A stretch of DNA of 64,000 bases from positions 868,001 through 932,000 of the forward strand of contig JBHGNT010000001.1 in NCBI GenBank assembly GCA_043228905.1, in the 5' to 3' direction. Below the pieces are notes generated by a model. The model was given only the letters and a program-made list of their open reading frames with translations, did not search any database and was not told the origin of the DNA. The position numbers and the translations under genes were made by a program. Source of the DNA: Azolla caroliniana. Lineage: Eukaryota > Plantae > Polypodiophyta. Of this stretch, positions 49,715 to 62,775 are shown one piece after another (the stretch's first letter is position 1; each line of letters starts with the position of its first letter).

Positions 49715-51790
49715 TCCCACCCAAGATGGCTTGTCTTCCAGAGGAGAGGGTCATGAACTCCATCTTGCGGGCATGGTGTCACGTACGACATCATTTGGTC
49801 AAGCACACGCCGGAGACACTAATCGAGTGGTGTAGACAACCATTATTTTGGAACCCTCAGGTGCGAACAAGTGAGAACATGATGTTAGGTCAGCTTAAGG
49901 GCCTAGCATGGGGAAAGCTGGCGCAAACAGGGCTTCACTATTTAGATGATTGGAGAGGCACAGTGGCTTTAGGAGGAGCCCAAGAGGTCCCATTCCCTCC
50001 CCTCAAGGGAGCCATGAAAATGCGGAGATTGATAGTTGAGGCAGTTGACAGGTTTTCAATGGGGGAGGTGAGAGAAGATGCTTGGTTCGGTCTCTTTGAT
50101 GAGGCTGTAAGGGTTAAGGCGCTAAAGGGCGTGAGCGGATCGGGAAGAGATAGGGTTTTTGGGGAGAGTCAGAGTAGGGGCTCTTGGCACCCAATCCGCG
50201 TGGTGGTGCAGGTTGGTAACATCTGGAAAACAGACCCAGATGTTGCTAAGGTGAAACCCCATTGGAAGTTATGGGTATATGGTTGTCGTCCCCTCTTTGA
50301 ACTAGAATGGGACCCAAGGGATTTCAGGTGGAAACATGATGGCAGACTTCGCCATTTCTTCGAGTACAACACTAAACTGGGTCAGACTTTTCAACTGCAG
50401 CTAGATGGCCCCTTACGCAATAGCTGGCGTACATTGGGCATCCCTGATGAGGTGCTCATTACCTTTTGGAAGGGTCTCTGGCATCTCCACTCGCCAGAAA
50501 AGATAAAGTTTTTTTGGTGGCAAATCGGTCATAATGTGGTTCCTATTGGCGAATGGTTAGGTAAACGTGGCGGCCCACTTTGCCATTCACCTACTGAGAC
50601 TTTGAGGCGTTGTCTGCGGGATTGCCCTCACGCTCAAAAGGTATGGGATAGAGTGACTCACCTCCTTGCGGCATGTGAAGTGGAAGGAATAGCATCGTGG
50701 AGTGTTGCGGCATGGCTTGATCACTCCGTTGATATGTGGATGGACACCTTCAATGCGGATAGTTTGTGCTACGTATGCATGAGAGGCAAAATTGCCAAGA
50801 TTCGATTTGAGAGAGGCTTGCAGTACGCATCCCCTAGGTTCCCGGACATTTGGATGTGGATCGCGGGATTCACCCTGTGGTATGTATGGAAAGCGCGTTG
50901 CCTAAAGGTCTTCCAAGATCTAGTGCAGCCCCCGGAGGAAGTGATCATGGACATATGGTTTGCGCTTATTAGTTGCCTACGAGGGCAATTGGACGAGGTT
51001 TGCAGCCATTCCACTGACGTGGGTACTGCCCGTTTGCACTTTTGGCAAAAATGGCGGAACACGCCTATGGTGATGATGGGAACTCTTGTTCCTTATACGC
51101 AATGCTCGGCCACAACCGAGCTTAGAATCATACACAGAAAAAATGGGAAATAAAAGCACAACACGAAGAAGAGGAGAGTACACAGGATGTTTACGTGGAA
51201 AACCCAGAGAGGGAAAAAACCACGGCAGCCCACAGGCTGCAAACTATCACTATGTTAGAATGTACAACAGTGAGTTCACGGAGGCAACGACCTCGTGCTC
51301 ACGATCTTCACCACAGGCGGCGGTTACAACAGAGGCAACGTCCTCTTTCTCTCTCTCTCTCTCTGTGTGTACACAGTTACGCGCTCTCACTTTTCTTGCA
51401 CCAACAAGAAAAATGACAACAACTAAAAGTTTGCCCTAAGTCATATTTATACTAATATGACTTTTCGGCTATTTACAAATATAGCCTCGATGGACTCTCA
51501 GAAACGTATTTACGAATATGTCTCTTCATCCGGTGAGCATTCCTCACCGGGTCTGCACCATCCGGCTCTCCGTAGCCGGGTACTCTTCATCCGGTTCTCA
51601 CCGGGTCTGCACCATCTGGCTCTCCGAAGCCGGGTACTCCTCATCCGGTTCCCATCCGGAGGGACCTGTCTCCCAACAGGTGACACAAGGAGGAAGTGGC
51701 CCGAGGTGGAACTACTAGCACCCATGCTGGATGTTTCCGGCTCACTTACCACCCTCCCTTCGTTGTCAACCCCAAGAGTTGTCTCGTATT
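49715..51790 (+). pseudogene. LINE ORF2 3' part (zf-RVT region), interrupted by solo LTR E
   Basis: FWKGLW..PEKIKFFWW..LC...ET....RDCP.AQKVW; LWYVWKARC. It resumes after the LTR as VTQGGSGPRWNY*HPCWMFP. Confidence 0.85.
51074..51678 (+). mobile_element. Family-E solo LTR (605 bp), TSD GGTGA, in the LINE 3' end
   Basis: TGATGGGA...TCCCAACA termini; GGTGA at 51069-51073 and 51679-51683; ~2.5 copies of the 54-bp repeat. Strand is nominal. Confidence 0.92.
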
Positions 51791-52194
51791 AGCCATCACT
51801 GAAGGGCGCCTTTTTAGTTGTAGGTACTTACATTAAGTAGTCAGTCCGAAAGGCGATGTAACTAGTCTCATTTTCTTGAACTTGATTGGAGGGAGATTCC
51901 CCGATCTATGTTTAAGCCTCCTTGTACAGTCTCTTTGTAATAATCCTTCCTAGCTAATGGGAAAGTAGCTTCATTTTGGGGGAAAAAAAAATCAATACCT
52001 TTACTAATTGATTTATGTTATGCCAAACCTTGATTCATAGATCATACACTTGGTCCGGTTTCGGTTTGGTTTGGTTTTAACAATTTGAAACCACAGTCTA
52101 AATGGTTTAATGTTTTTTTAATATTTTTTTTAACAACCTTTTCATTTTTTATAAAAACTCCTTCATTAGTTATAAAATTTTATAAATGAGACTA

Positions 52195-52442
52195 TTATGT
52201 ACAAATCCCTGTAGGGACGCGATAGTTCCATCTTATGTGGATGCCCACTGACTCAAGAAAGGGAGAGGACGACCATTGTTGGATGAAGGCTATTCGTTGT
52301 CTTTCGACTCCATCGGAGCCGCCCTTGAGGCCATCATATTGGCTCTTTAGAGTGGCTACAATTTCACTCCATATCTCTTGCAGTAACCTTGTTGGATGCG
52401 CAGTTTGATTGGAGAAGACTCGTCTATACCGTTGTTTCCATT
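52195..52442 (-). mobile_element. Short fragment of a second L1 LINE (ORF2 C-terminus)
   Basis: WKQRYRRVF..LLQEIWSEIVATLKSQYD..FIQQW..RWNY parallels WKARCLKVF..IMDIWFALISCLRGQLD..FWQKW..RWNY of the main LINE. Confidence 0.75.
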
Positions 52443-54003
52443 TTTTAAGACTAATTCTCATATTTTAGGAAAAATCTTTAAATTTTGAACTAATAAAAAA
52501 AATTGAAATTTTGAATTTTAACCTAAGTTGAAAACCAAAACCGAACCACGAAACCGCGGTTTTAACAGTTTAATGGTAAAACAGTTTGGATTTTTACTTA
52601 ACAATTCCGTTTAAATGGTTTAGGTTTAACGGTTTTGTGGTTCTGTTTGGTTTGGTTCAAGTTTCAAAACTTTTAAACGGTTCGGTTTTGACAATCTTGA
52701 ACCGAACCGAACCGTTGCTTGTTCTTAGTTTGCTATATGGAATAAACTTCTACTCATCCGAGGGCGTATCTTTTTGTCAAAAAATAAATAAATAAATAAT
52801 CTTCTACTCATCAAGGTAAAAGGGCCTACAACAATATTGAGTTCTAGTAGAATATCATCCAATGGGCCCAAAAGCTCAAAAGTATTTAGTGAGTGTCTTT
52901 GTTGTGAAAATTTTGGTGCAGGGTGTTATTGGCATAATAAGGTTGTGAATCATGGAACTTTTTTATCATTATAATTCACTTCTGAGCAACACACATTAGA
53001 CAAATCCAACCTTTAAATGTTTGTGTGTATTATAATATAGTAGTTTTAGGATTAATTATGTTAATGGGTGAGTGTTGGAGTGGTATATATAGTTTTCATT
53101 TACAACTTATATTTAGTGGTATACCTCTTTCTCTATTTGGTCTTATAGGGCATTTTGGCCTCTTAAAAGACGTTAATATATCTTTCATTCTTTCAATGAG
53201 GCTTGACTTGTATCATGTGAGAAATAAAACATAGTTCTTCACAAGATGCTCTAGTGGTAAATCTTGTTTAGGCTGATCACCATTCATTGGCATGTAGATA
53301 TGTCTTCAAATGGGTTGTTTAATAGTGGTCAAGGGGGAATTGCAACAACCACTTCTCCTTGATCATGTCTGATGATTCAAATACAACATTTAATTGGCAT
53401 GCAAATTATCCTTTATGATCACATATCGATGATCAAGTTGTTGGTTCCACAACTAATTTGAGTTGGGTGACTATTTTGAATAGAAAAGTGTACTCATGTG
53501 TCTTTGTTATTTTAATAAACTAATCGTAGTTAAAAAAAGGCTTTATCAATATCTTTGTCGAAAGTGTCAAATAAAGTCTTCTGAATGTAGTGTTAAATAT
53601 GTCTATAAATCATTGTCGATTTGCATCTTATAATGGTGAGCATGATCGTGAAATTTATCTTCATATAATGCAGTATTATATTCAATGCTTTCTTTGGTAC
53701 TTACTAAAAAATTTCCCACCTAAAAGACTAAGCCCATTTATGCATCTAAGATTTCAATATATTGATGTATATTTTTTGGAAACAAAATTATATATATATA
53801 TATATGTTGATGTATAAGGATAAACTTCAATTAATGATATTGCTAATTGCAAATGATATCTTGTGTTAAATATCGTAGAATGTTTTACCTTACATGTATG
53901 TTCAACCAACAAAAAGGAAAAAGGAACATTTGATTTCTTAATATCTCATGCAATCATTTTTTTTCATGTATCCAAAGTTATTTAAGCTTGTCCTTTGAAA
54001 AGG

Positions 54004-54117
54004 ATACTACATTTGTGTTAAGAAATGCCTTGAGGCTATAGATGAAATTATGTAGTATCCTTTTCAATACTACATTTGTGTTAAGAAATGCCTTGAGGCT
54101 ATAGATGAAATTATGTA
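54004..54117. repeat. Direct duplication, ~51-bp identical unit, period 63
   Basis: ATACTACATTTGTGTTAAGAAATGCCTTGAGGCTATAGATGAAATTATGTA occurs twice. Confidence 0.9.
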
Positions 54118-57100
54118 CATATAGGTAATTGCCCCTACTTCTAAACAAAGGCTAAGTTCTAGTGATCGGATTAACTGAAAAACCACTCCACCTTATCATC
54201 TAATGAACTACAAAATATACCATTGTCCCATATGGATGAAACCTTTCAGAGTCATTTTTTATGTTATTCAAAGAACCTCTTAGATTATCCACAATCTCTA
54301 TCCAAATTCCGATAATTGTTTGAGTAGACCTTTCTGGTCACATTTTGAAATACCTTCAAGCACCTGGCCTTCCACATATACAAAATTATTATACTACTTA
54401 TCAATTGCCATATTTAAGTTTTACTGTTTGCTATTTGTGGATTTTGAGGTATATTTGTTACTTAAGCATGTAAAGAAGGCAATATCTCATTTCAAAGAAA
54501 TAGCAGAAAAAAACTCTTTTTGTTGATTTACAACTACCATATGCCTACGTTTGTAGTATTATAGACTTCATGGAGGGAATATATTTTCTTACATAATTAA
54601 GTTGTCTATGAAGTAAAAGAGGATCTATGACTTGATAGGATACAAGTTGTGGGGAGAGGTGTTAATAGGTGATTGTTGAAACATTATAATTATAAAGCAT
54701 TTGATTTTGATGTCCAAAAAACAAATGTTTGACTCCCTTTATATTTTGCTCAAGTAAGACGTATTTATGTGAATGTGGAATGTAAGGAGCGAACCAATAC
54801 ATATTCTTTCTCGATCATAGAAAATGTTTTTTATGATTTTTAAGGAGAAAAGCAAATCAAATTGGGCAACAGTTGTCAGTATAAACTTGTTTACTTAATT
54901 AGACACCAACTAACTTGTATAATAATGTTTCCATAATGTGCACACTTCTAATGTCTCCCTTGTCGAAGATATGATATGTAGATTCTGAGTGTGAAGGTGT
55001 GGCTAACTTGAGAAATCTTTGTGAATGAATTGTATGGCATTTCACATGGACACCTTTATCTTGTTGGATTTGCATACACATCTGAGCAAAGGCTTGTGAT
55101 AAATACATTTTCTCCATGAATTCCCATCAACTTGCTAATGCACTTTCTTTTTATTGAATTGTTTGGATACCATGGCTTACAAGGTGGAACATTGTAAGGT
55201 TTCTATAATGTATACACTTTCAATGTGTGCTTTGTCGGAGATATGGTTTACAGATTTTTTAGTATGGAGGCTAAATTGAGACATTTTTGTAAATGAATTG
55301 TTTGTCATTTCACATAGACAATTTGGGTGCACATGTGAGAAAAGGCGTGCGATACATATCTTTCATCATGAATATGACCAAGTTGCTAATATGCTTTCCT
55401 TTGATTGAGATTTTTGGATGAAGGAATTGTAGGGTGGAACATTGTTTAAACTACATAGAAAAACAAACACATCTTTAGTGAAGACTTCATAAAACATATG
55501 TATATTATATTTGCTACGTTTTTATCATTATGGTGAGGCATTGATGTAAATTACATGGGAGAATAGATCATGAAGGCATTCAAGAGATAACTCTACAGCA
55601 AGTATTAGTATCCATAAATATGGTGTGTTCTCAGGACGCACGTCTATTTGAGCATATGTAAAAGGGCTTCATCCACTTTATCCTTCTTCTTCTTCTTCTT
55701 TCTACTTTATCCTTTAAAGAGAGGATTTAAACATTGCGCAAATGTATCATTAAATGCTTGTTAAAGTTAGTTTCGCGGAAAAGCTTAATCCATTCATTTA
55801 AGTCACTCAATAAGGTTTATGTACTGTGTGGTTGACACAGTTTATTGATCTTGACATTTATTCATGCCTTGATCATTTTCACGGTACAACATCCTCATAA
55901 TTCTTTATACATGAAGATATTATGCTTCATCATTGTCACTCCTATCGATGCATGCGAAGTCCTTTTCCTAATTATCCATGTAGAATACTACAACCATATT
56001 TAATCAGCTTCGAGTGTTCATGCAATCTAGCAATTAATATCAAGAATGCAACTTTTGTTGACAAACATATAAGAAAGTGATTTGAAAATTGAATGAAAAG
56101 TTGGTATGCACCCCAATTTACGTCGAATGTAGAGGAACCATGCTGAATAACAATTTCTTCATGATTGGCAATCACTTAAAAATCCATAGATACATAGGAA
56201 ATGTCAGTATTAAAACATCCATTTATTTATCAACTTGCGATGTTCAATGCATACTCGTGACTTTGGAGGACTTTGTCAAGTAATGATGGATATGGATTTA
56301 TATGTGTTAGGAGCTAGGATTCATGAATAAACTAGGCGTATAAGCATGCATATGTTTAGCATTGCAAATTGTTTAGATAAATGTATCACTCAATTGTTTA
56401 AAATATGGGAAATTGTAGCGGAGCTTTGATGTACAATATTATCGAAGATGCATAGGGTTTATACATTATTGTCTTAAATATATTGTGTGATGAGCCATCG
56501 ATGAAGAATAACGAATACAATGAATGGAAATCCGCAGTTTATGTATGTTGACATTTGAAATTGAGAAACTCAAACATTAAAACCTAGGCAAAATAAATTG
56601 AGTTTGGTAATTGTTACTGAAGGGGCTTAGTTTATCAATGGCCTTGGTTGATATTGCAATGTCCTAACATATACAATAATATCTATACATATATGAACAT
56701 TAGATAGTTCCATTGTATTTATGATGACTTAACTAAAAACTAGAGATTTAATATTAAAACTGGTACATGTGAGTGTAGCACTATACTAGCAAACACAATC
56801 ATGCATATATTACAGTGGGTAAGCACAAGGAGAGGGAATCTTAATTAGATACTAAGTGTGAATTTCCACTTTTCCTTTCCAATCGCAACATGTTACCCAC
56901 CACAAACTTTTCCATGTTGGATGTCGATTAAAAAGAAACACGTTAAAATGACAAATGAATTAAACATAATTATATAAAAAGTAAGCTCTAGTAAAGTAGT
57001 AAATGATGCTTTATTACTTTCTCTTTCATAACTTGGGTTCTAGCTAGGTAAAGTTCACAAAAGGAGAGGGAATTTTAATTCGGTAACATATATCGATGAA

Positions 57101-58821
57101 ATCTTCTTCCAACATAAGAAGAAGCCACCCTTATTGGAGATCACATCACCCCATTTCAGTTGGGATGACGAAATGAAACTTAGGTCATAATGTTCTTGTG
57201 TTCTACTTGCATAGCGAGATGTGTTATGTTGATGGCCCATTGAAACAAACTATTGAGTGAGATGCGATCTTTTCCTTCACCCCACATGAAATGGGCCTTA
57301 GGATCGTTGACAGATTATTCCCCAATTTTGTATTTAATCAATGTGTGACGGAGCTGTTTGAAAAACACAAGTTTGGAACATGGAACCTCCCCTTATTATA
57401 CACAATCCCCGTGAGACTGTCACTTAATAAAAGCAAATAGAAATACATTTATAAAGGAAGAAATAAGAGAGTATTCATTGTATATCAATGGTTGAACCCT
57501 CGAAATTGTGCTTTAAACAACGAACCCAACAACATGTATGCTAGGTCAATAGGGAAACAATGATTTAGGTGCCCCAAGGGACAATTGATTTATGTCTTAC
57601 AACCAATAGAAATAAGAAGTAATTTTGTTTCTCTATGTGTGTATAGACAATACATATTAAAATGATATTTCATCAATTTTTAGGAGGGGTGGGTCATCGA
57701 ATCCCAAGCCAATGTGTGTGTGTGTGTGTGTGTGTGTGTTAAGGGGGGAGGGGGGGCTGCTCAAAACGAAAACCAGACTTGGTCTTTCTAGGGATGCGAG
57801 GTGGGGTCATGTGCAAGTGAATACTTTTCTGAATTTTCTAAGAGATATACATTGCGTTGGGGGCAAGCCCATAGAGATCCGAAGGACTCAAAGATTTGTT
57901 TAATGTCTACTTTTGTGCAACAGTTATTATTCATTCATGTGAGCAAAGAGAGAGGGAGGGAGGGGGAGGGGAGGGGAGGGAGAGAAAGAATACCGTTTAG
58001 ACCCAAGCCGACACGAGACAACTTGGGGGGGAGGAATCGATGTTGCTAAGTTGTGATTAAAAAAAGATTATTAAAATGGGGGCAAACTGAGAGTTGGGAA
58101 CTTGGGAAGTAGTTAAAAAACTAGGTGGAGGATTGTAAATTTTCATGAAGGTTTGGATGGAACATCATCGAGTAGACTCTCAATACATTAAAGTGGACTA
58201 AAAAGGTTGTAATTGGGAATTGAGAGGAAGTATTCTACTCTCTTTGTTGGTTGAAGGCACGAGGTGTGGTGGAGGGGGGCACATAACACTTTTTGTAAAT
58301 GTGTATGAGGAGAAGGAGATGGTTGAGAAATGGGAAAGAGACCCTCTCCCATGATATATATGTATATGTATATATGTATTGGATTGGTCTTTGGATTTTG
58401 GATTTTGGATTTGGATGAGGATTGGATGCTCAGCTCTCCCTTCAACATTTGGGATGACTAAATAACAAAATATAACAAGAGCTTTTCTTTTATGTACATT
58501 TACATAGTGGAATGGGCAGGAAAAGAAGAAGAAGAGCGCGCGCACACACACACACACACATTATATATACATATGTATGTATACATACATATCTTAATGC
58601 TCTTTTATATCCTCGAAATTAGGGCCCCATTGTCGGAATCTCTCTCTCTCTCTCTCTCTCCCCTTCTCTTAATTCTGAATCCATGGACAACTCCATTCTA
58701 TTATTTTATTTATTTAGTTATAAATTATAATAATATCATTATTATTATATGCATGATGATGATGATTTTGTTTCTAGTGGGATTGTTTTTTGTTTTTTCC
58801 ACTCACATATTACATATTGAC

Positions 58822-58823
<2 letters not shown>

Positions 58824-58885
<62 letters not shown>
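58824..58885. repeat. (CT)n microsatellite upstream of AHL
   Basis: About 31 CT units read directly. Confidence 0.95.
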
Positions 58886-58888
<3 letters not shown>

Positions 58889-59196
58889 GTACATATGTAT
58901 TTACTTCTCTACTTGCTAGTTCTTAAAAGAGAAAAGGGAATGCATTGCCTGCCGCATTGCCTGCCGGGTGCTCCTTTTAAAGAAAGGAAATTTAGAAATT
59001 ACGGATAAAAGAACAAAGAAAAAGGAAGGCGTGTGAGTATATGTGTATGTATGTATGCTCAACAACATCCTTAATTTTGCCATTTACTCAAATTTTGATA
59101 AGCAAAAAATAACACAAAAGACGAAGGATTTCTAATTATTATTTTTTAGATTTTTAAAATTTTTAAAATGTTTTTAAATTTATTTCTTTTTTATTT

Positions 59197-59232
59197 GGGG
59201 GCGGGGGGGGGGGGGGGGGGGGGGGGGAGGGG
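59197..59232 (+). repeat. Poly-G tract (~G25 core)
   Basis: Read directly from the sequence. Confidence 0.9.
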
Positions 59233-60604
59233 CTTCATTGAATGCTCTGCTCTCGTTCTTTCTGAGATTTATTCACATACATACTTAAAATGGAGCGACA
59301 ACAACACACACTTTCTTCAGTTCACAGTTCACTTATTCTCCTTCCTTCCTTCACAACCTGGAATCTCAATCTTAATCTCAATCTAAACCTCGATCTCAAT
59401 CACAATCTCAACTCTCAAGAGAGCCAAAAGTCCATATGTCCTCCCAACCCCCAAAATCACCACCATCGTAAAGTGACTGACTGGAATGAATTGGACGGCC
59501 TTTTTCTGTTTGCTCACCTCCAAATGGAATGGGCCCCCAATCCCAGAAGTTGACCGCTCTCCCTTCCACACACACACAGACACACGTGTGCCACACCCCA
59601 CCTTCCTCTACCCACCCTCCCGCCTTCTTAAAACAACAAAATGAATGAATGAAATGAATACATACATGATACATATACATACATAATACCCTTCCTCCCT
59701 CCCTCCTCGTCCTTCTTCCCATTCTTTCATTCTCTTCTCCTCCAGCCTGCTTCACCCCTTTCTTTCCTCTTCGCTTTCTTCTCTATTTATTTTCTGCACA
59801 CCCTCCCTCCCCCCCCGCCCTCCTCTTCTTTCTATACGGGTGACCCATATTTATTTAATTCCTCCCTTTCTACAAATTAAGAAATAAGAACAACAACAAT
59901 ATATTATTATCATTATTTAAATTTACTATTATCCATATTTAATCTAATTCCTATCTAGTTAAATATATATATCTCTCATATTGTAAGTCGGAGACACACA
60001 CTCACTTCTCTCCCTATCCCTACATCACCAAAATCTTATCATTCTTATTCTTATTCTCTCATTATACATGGTGAATTAAAAATGCTTATCACTAGACACT
60101 CCATATTATACATCAATCATTCAATATATGTATGTATACACTTGGTTGGATTAAATCCTGTGATAGACGTAATTAACTAATCATTTTCTTGTACTAATTC
60201 GCTAATTACTTGAATTAATCCATGATGAAGCCATCGGCACACTGCAGATCGAATCAAGATTGAATTGTTGCATCATAAACACAACACATATCCAGCCTGT
60301 TGATATATTAATTATGATAGCAAGAAGAAGTGGATACATAGACCGAGCCTAGAAGAAGTCGATATACCTAGATCAATCAGAAGAAGTACGGTCGTTTCAA
60401 ATATGTGCCTAAATTAGTGTTATTTATTCAGGTTACAGAACACACAATTCCGGGAACAGCCCAGATCATCATCGTCTTCTTTAATCCTCATCTAATCGCG
60501 TCGAACAAAGTTAATAAATATTACATACTGATATTTAACGACAGTGAATTTATACATGATTTGAGAAATACAGTCTAAGTCCTCGTCATAGATAAATCTA
60601 GAGA

Positions 60605-61648
60605 ATGGCCAATCATCAGCTTCAGGGATCGAGGTTATTATCACATGCGGGTCCTAACAGCATGTTGCCAGGGGGTGTTCATTCTGCGTATGGTAGCCAC
60701 CTCAGTAGTCAGCAGCATCATCAGATTCATCATCATCAACAGCAGAATTCGGAGGAGGAGGAGGAGGAGGAGGACACGAGCGGGAATAACAGTCCGGGGG
60801 GCCATAACCACCTGGCAATCACGACAACAGGAGGAGGAGGCGATGGGGGCGGCGATTCGGGCGGATCACGCCGGCCCCGTGGACGGCCCCCAGGCTCCAA
60901 AAACAAGCCCAAGCCTCCCATCATCATCACGCGCGACAGCCCCAATGCACTGCGCGCGCATGTCCTGGAGATCGCCAATGGCTGCGACGTGGCGGACAGC
61001 GTGGCGTCCTTCGCCACACGACGGCAGCGCGGGGTGTCCATTCTCAGTGGCAGCGGGACGGTGACCAACGTGACGCTGCGCCAGCCAGCGGCTCCAGGCG
61101 CCACCGTCATGCTGCAGGGCCGCTTCGAGATCCTCTCGCTCACCGGCTCTTTCTTGCCACAGCCGGCGCCGCCGGGGGCCACGGGCCTGACCATCTACTT
61201 GGCCGGGGGACAAGGCCAAGTGGTGGGAGGCAGCGTGGTGGGCGCCCTCTTGGCCTCCGGCCCCGTCGTCGTCATCGCAGCCTCCTTCCTCAATGCCTCG
61301 TACGACCGCCTCCCCTTGGACGCCGACCCAGATGAGGGGTTGCACCACCATGCCCACGCTCACGCCCACGCCCACGCCCACGGGGGAGGCCCACAAGCAC
61401 AAGCACAAGCACAAGCACAAGCACAAGCGGCGGCGGCAGCAGCAGCTAGCCTCCTGGCCGCCGCCCAGATGCAGCAGAACGTGGACCACAACAACGGGAA
61501 TAACATCAACATGGGCACCCTCTACAGCAATGTGCCGCCCAACCTCCTGTCCGCCAACTGTGCCCCGCCACTCAACCCGTCCGATGTGTATGGCGCATGG
61601 TCTGCGGGGGGTGGGCCGGCCGGGAGATCGTCGGGCGGACCCTACTGA
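60605..61648 (+). CDS. AHL: AT-hook motif nuclear-localized protein, clade A (single AT-hook + PPC/DUF296), intronless CDS, 347 aa
   Basis: [35 protein letters not shown]; [16 protein letters not shown]; [12 protein letters not shown]. Confidence 0.96.
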   Translation: MANHQLQGSRLLSHAGPNSMLPGGVHSAYGSHLSSQQHHQIHHHQQQNSEEEEEEEDTSGNNSPGGHNHLAITTTGGGGDGGGDSGGSRRPRGRPPGSKNKPKPPIIITRDSPNALRAHVLEIANGCDVADSVASFATRRQRGVSILSGSGTVTNVTLRQPAAPGATVMLQGRFEILSLTGSFLPQPAPPGATGLTIYLAGGQGQVVGGSVVGALLASGPVVVIAASFLNASYDRLPLDADPDEGLHHHAHAHAHAHAHGGGPQAQAQAQAQAQAAAAAAASLLAAAQMQQNVDHNNGNNINMGTLYSNVPPNLLSANCAPPLNPSDVYGAWSAGGGPAGRSSGGPY

Positions 61649-62724
61649 ATTAAATGACCATTTCCACGCCCACCCGCCCACCCCCTTCCATATACCCAAG
61701 GACCACCGCCTGTCCAATACCATAGAATCCTTCCATCAATTACATAACCCTGCTGCTGCAAATTCTTACAGAAGGAGATTATAATGTTACTCAAGTATGT
61801 GGTTCTGCTGCCAATATTGACCCACCACGATCCTACCTAAATTTGGACCAGAGTCCTCGCTTCACATCGAGGGTTCGGAAGTAGTAGTATGGCGAGAAAT
61901 CGTGTTCCTGGGATCCCAGGTACCACCACCAGATTGAGATTAGGCAGCCAGGATATTTGCTGGTTTCCGTCAGTCAGCGGTCAGTCTTTGGGGTGTATTT
62001 TTCAAATAAATTGGTGTGTGTTTTGGTTCGTCTTGGTTAAGTTTCTTTTCTAGTTGTTTCAGTTTCTGTGTAACTTTAGAATATGCACTTTGAATCCACC
62101 GTTTTCATGATTGATCAATTGGTTGATGAGGAGGAGGAGGAGGAGAAGGATCATCAACTATTATTAAGAAGGGGAGATGGATTGACCACACACAAGGTCA
62201 TCAACCGACTAATGACTCCGATTATTAATAACGAAATTTATGAATTCAGTTTACAGTGGATTTTAGATTTTCAAACGTAGGTTTGATTTTGAGCCATTAT
62301 TTATGTCTATTTTGCACATTTTTGTTTTTTTCAAAATATTTTGTCTGCTGATTTTGCGTTTTCTTTTATGTTAATTGTTTTCTATATGTATTTTGATTTG
62401 GGGGAAGTATGTATTTATTTGAGAATATCATCAGAAGGGAGAGGGCATTTATGTAGACAAGAATATGTAATACATATATAATATATGTGTGTGTGTGTGT
62501 GTGTGTAAGAAAGACAATCCGATGAAACGTAAGCCAACACAGGATTTAGGTGCAAAATTCAGAGTATGTACATATGTATATATGTATACGTAGATACGTA
62601 CGTGTGAGAAAGAGATGCCTTAAGTTTATTTAGTAAGTAGCTTCTGCTTTTTCTTTTTTGGAGGGATTGCATGTGTGGACGAATTTGCGTTTTCTGCTTT
62701 TTCTGGATGAAACTGCACTGCGTT

Positions 62725-62775
<51 letters not shown>

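Larger units (their letters stand above)
23245..51991 (+). mobile_element. L1-clade LINE, decayed; split by element B (27519-49709) and solo LTR E (51074-51678); A9 tail 51983-51991
   Basis: ORF1 has a CCHC knuckle and ORF2 has APE, RT and zf-RVT regions. The coding sequence rejoins across TSDs CGGAG and GGTGA. The 5' boundary is approximate. Confidence 0.9.
21750..52727. mobile_element. Putative non-autonomous DNA transposon relic (AACCG/CGGTT-rich ends) hosting the whole TE nest
   Basis: Dense AACCG/CGGTT arrays lie at ~21770-21900, 22896-22935, 52050-52100 and 52530-52715. The right end AACCGAACCGAACCGTTGC..CTTA resembles hAT/MITE subterminal regions. No convincing TIR pair or TSD was found. 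Confidence 0.45.

Noticed and set aside
51082-51090. Solo E starting at TGTTCC (51087) with no TSD, implying a chimeric LINE
   Set aside because: A start at 51074 gives matching termini and a perfect GGTGA TSD.
60645-61784. Overlapping alternative and antisense ORFs at AHL
   Set aside because: These are expected shadows of a GC-rich coding sequence.
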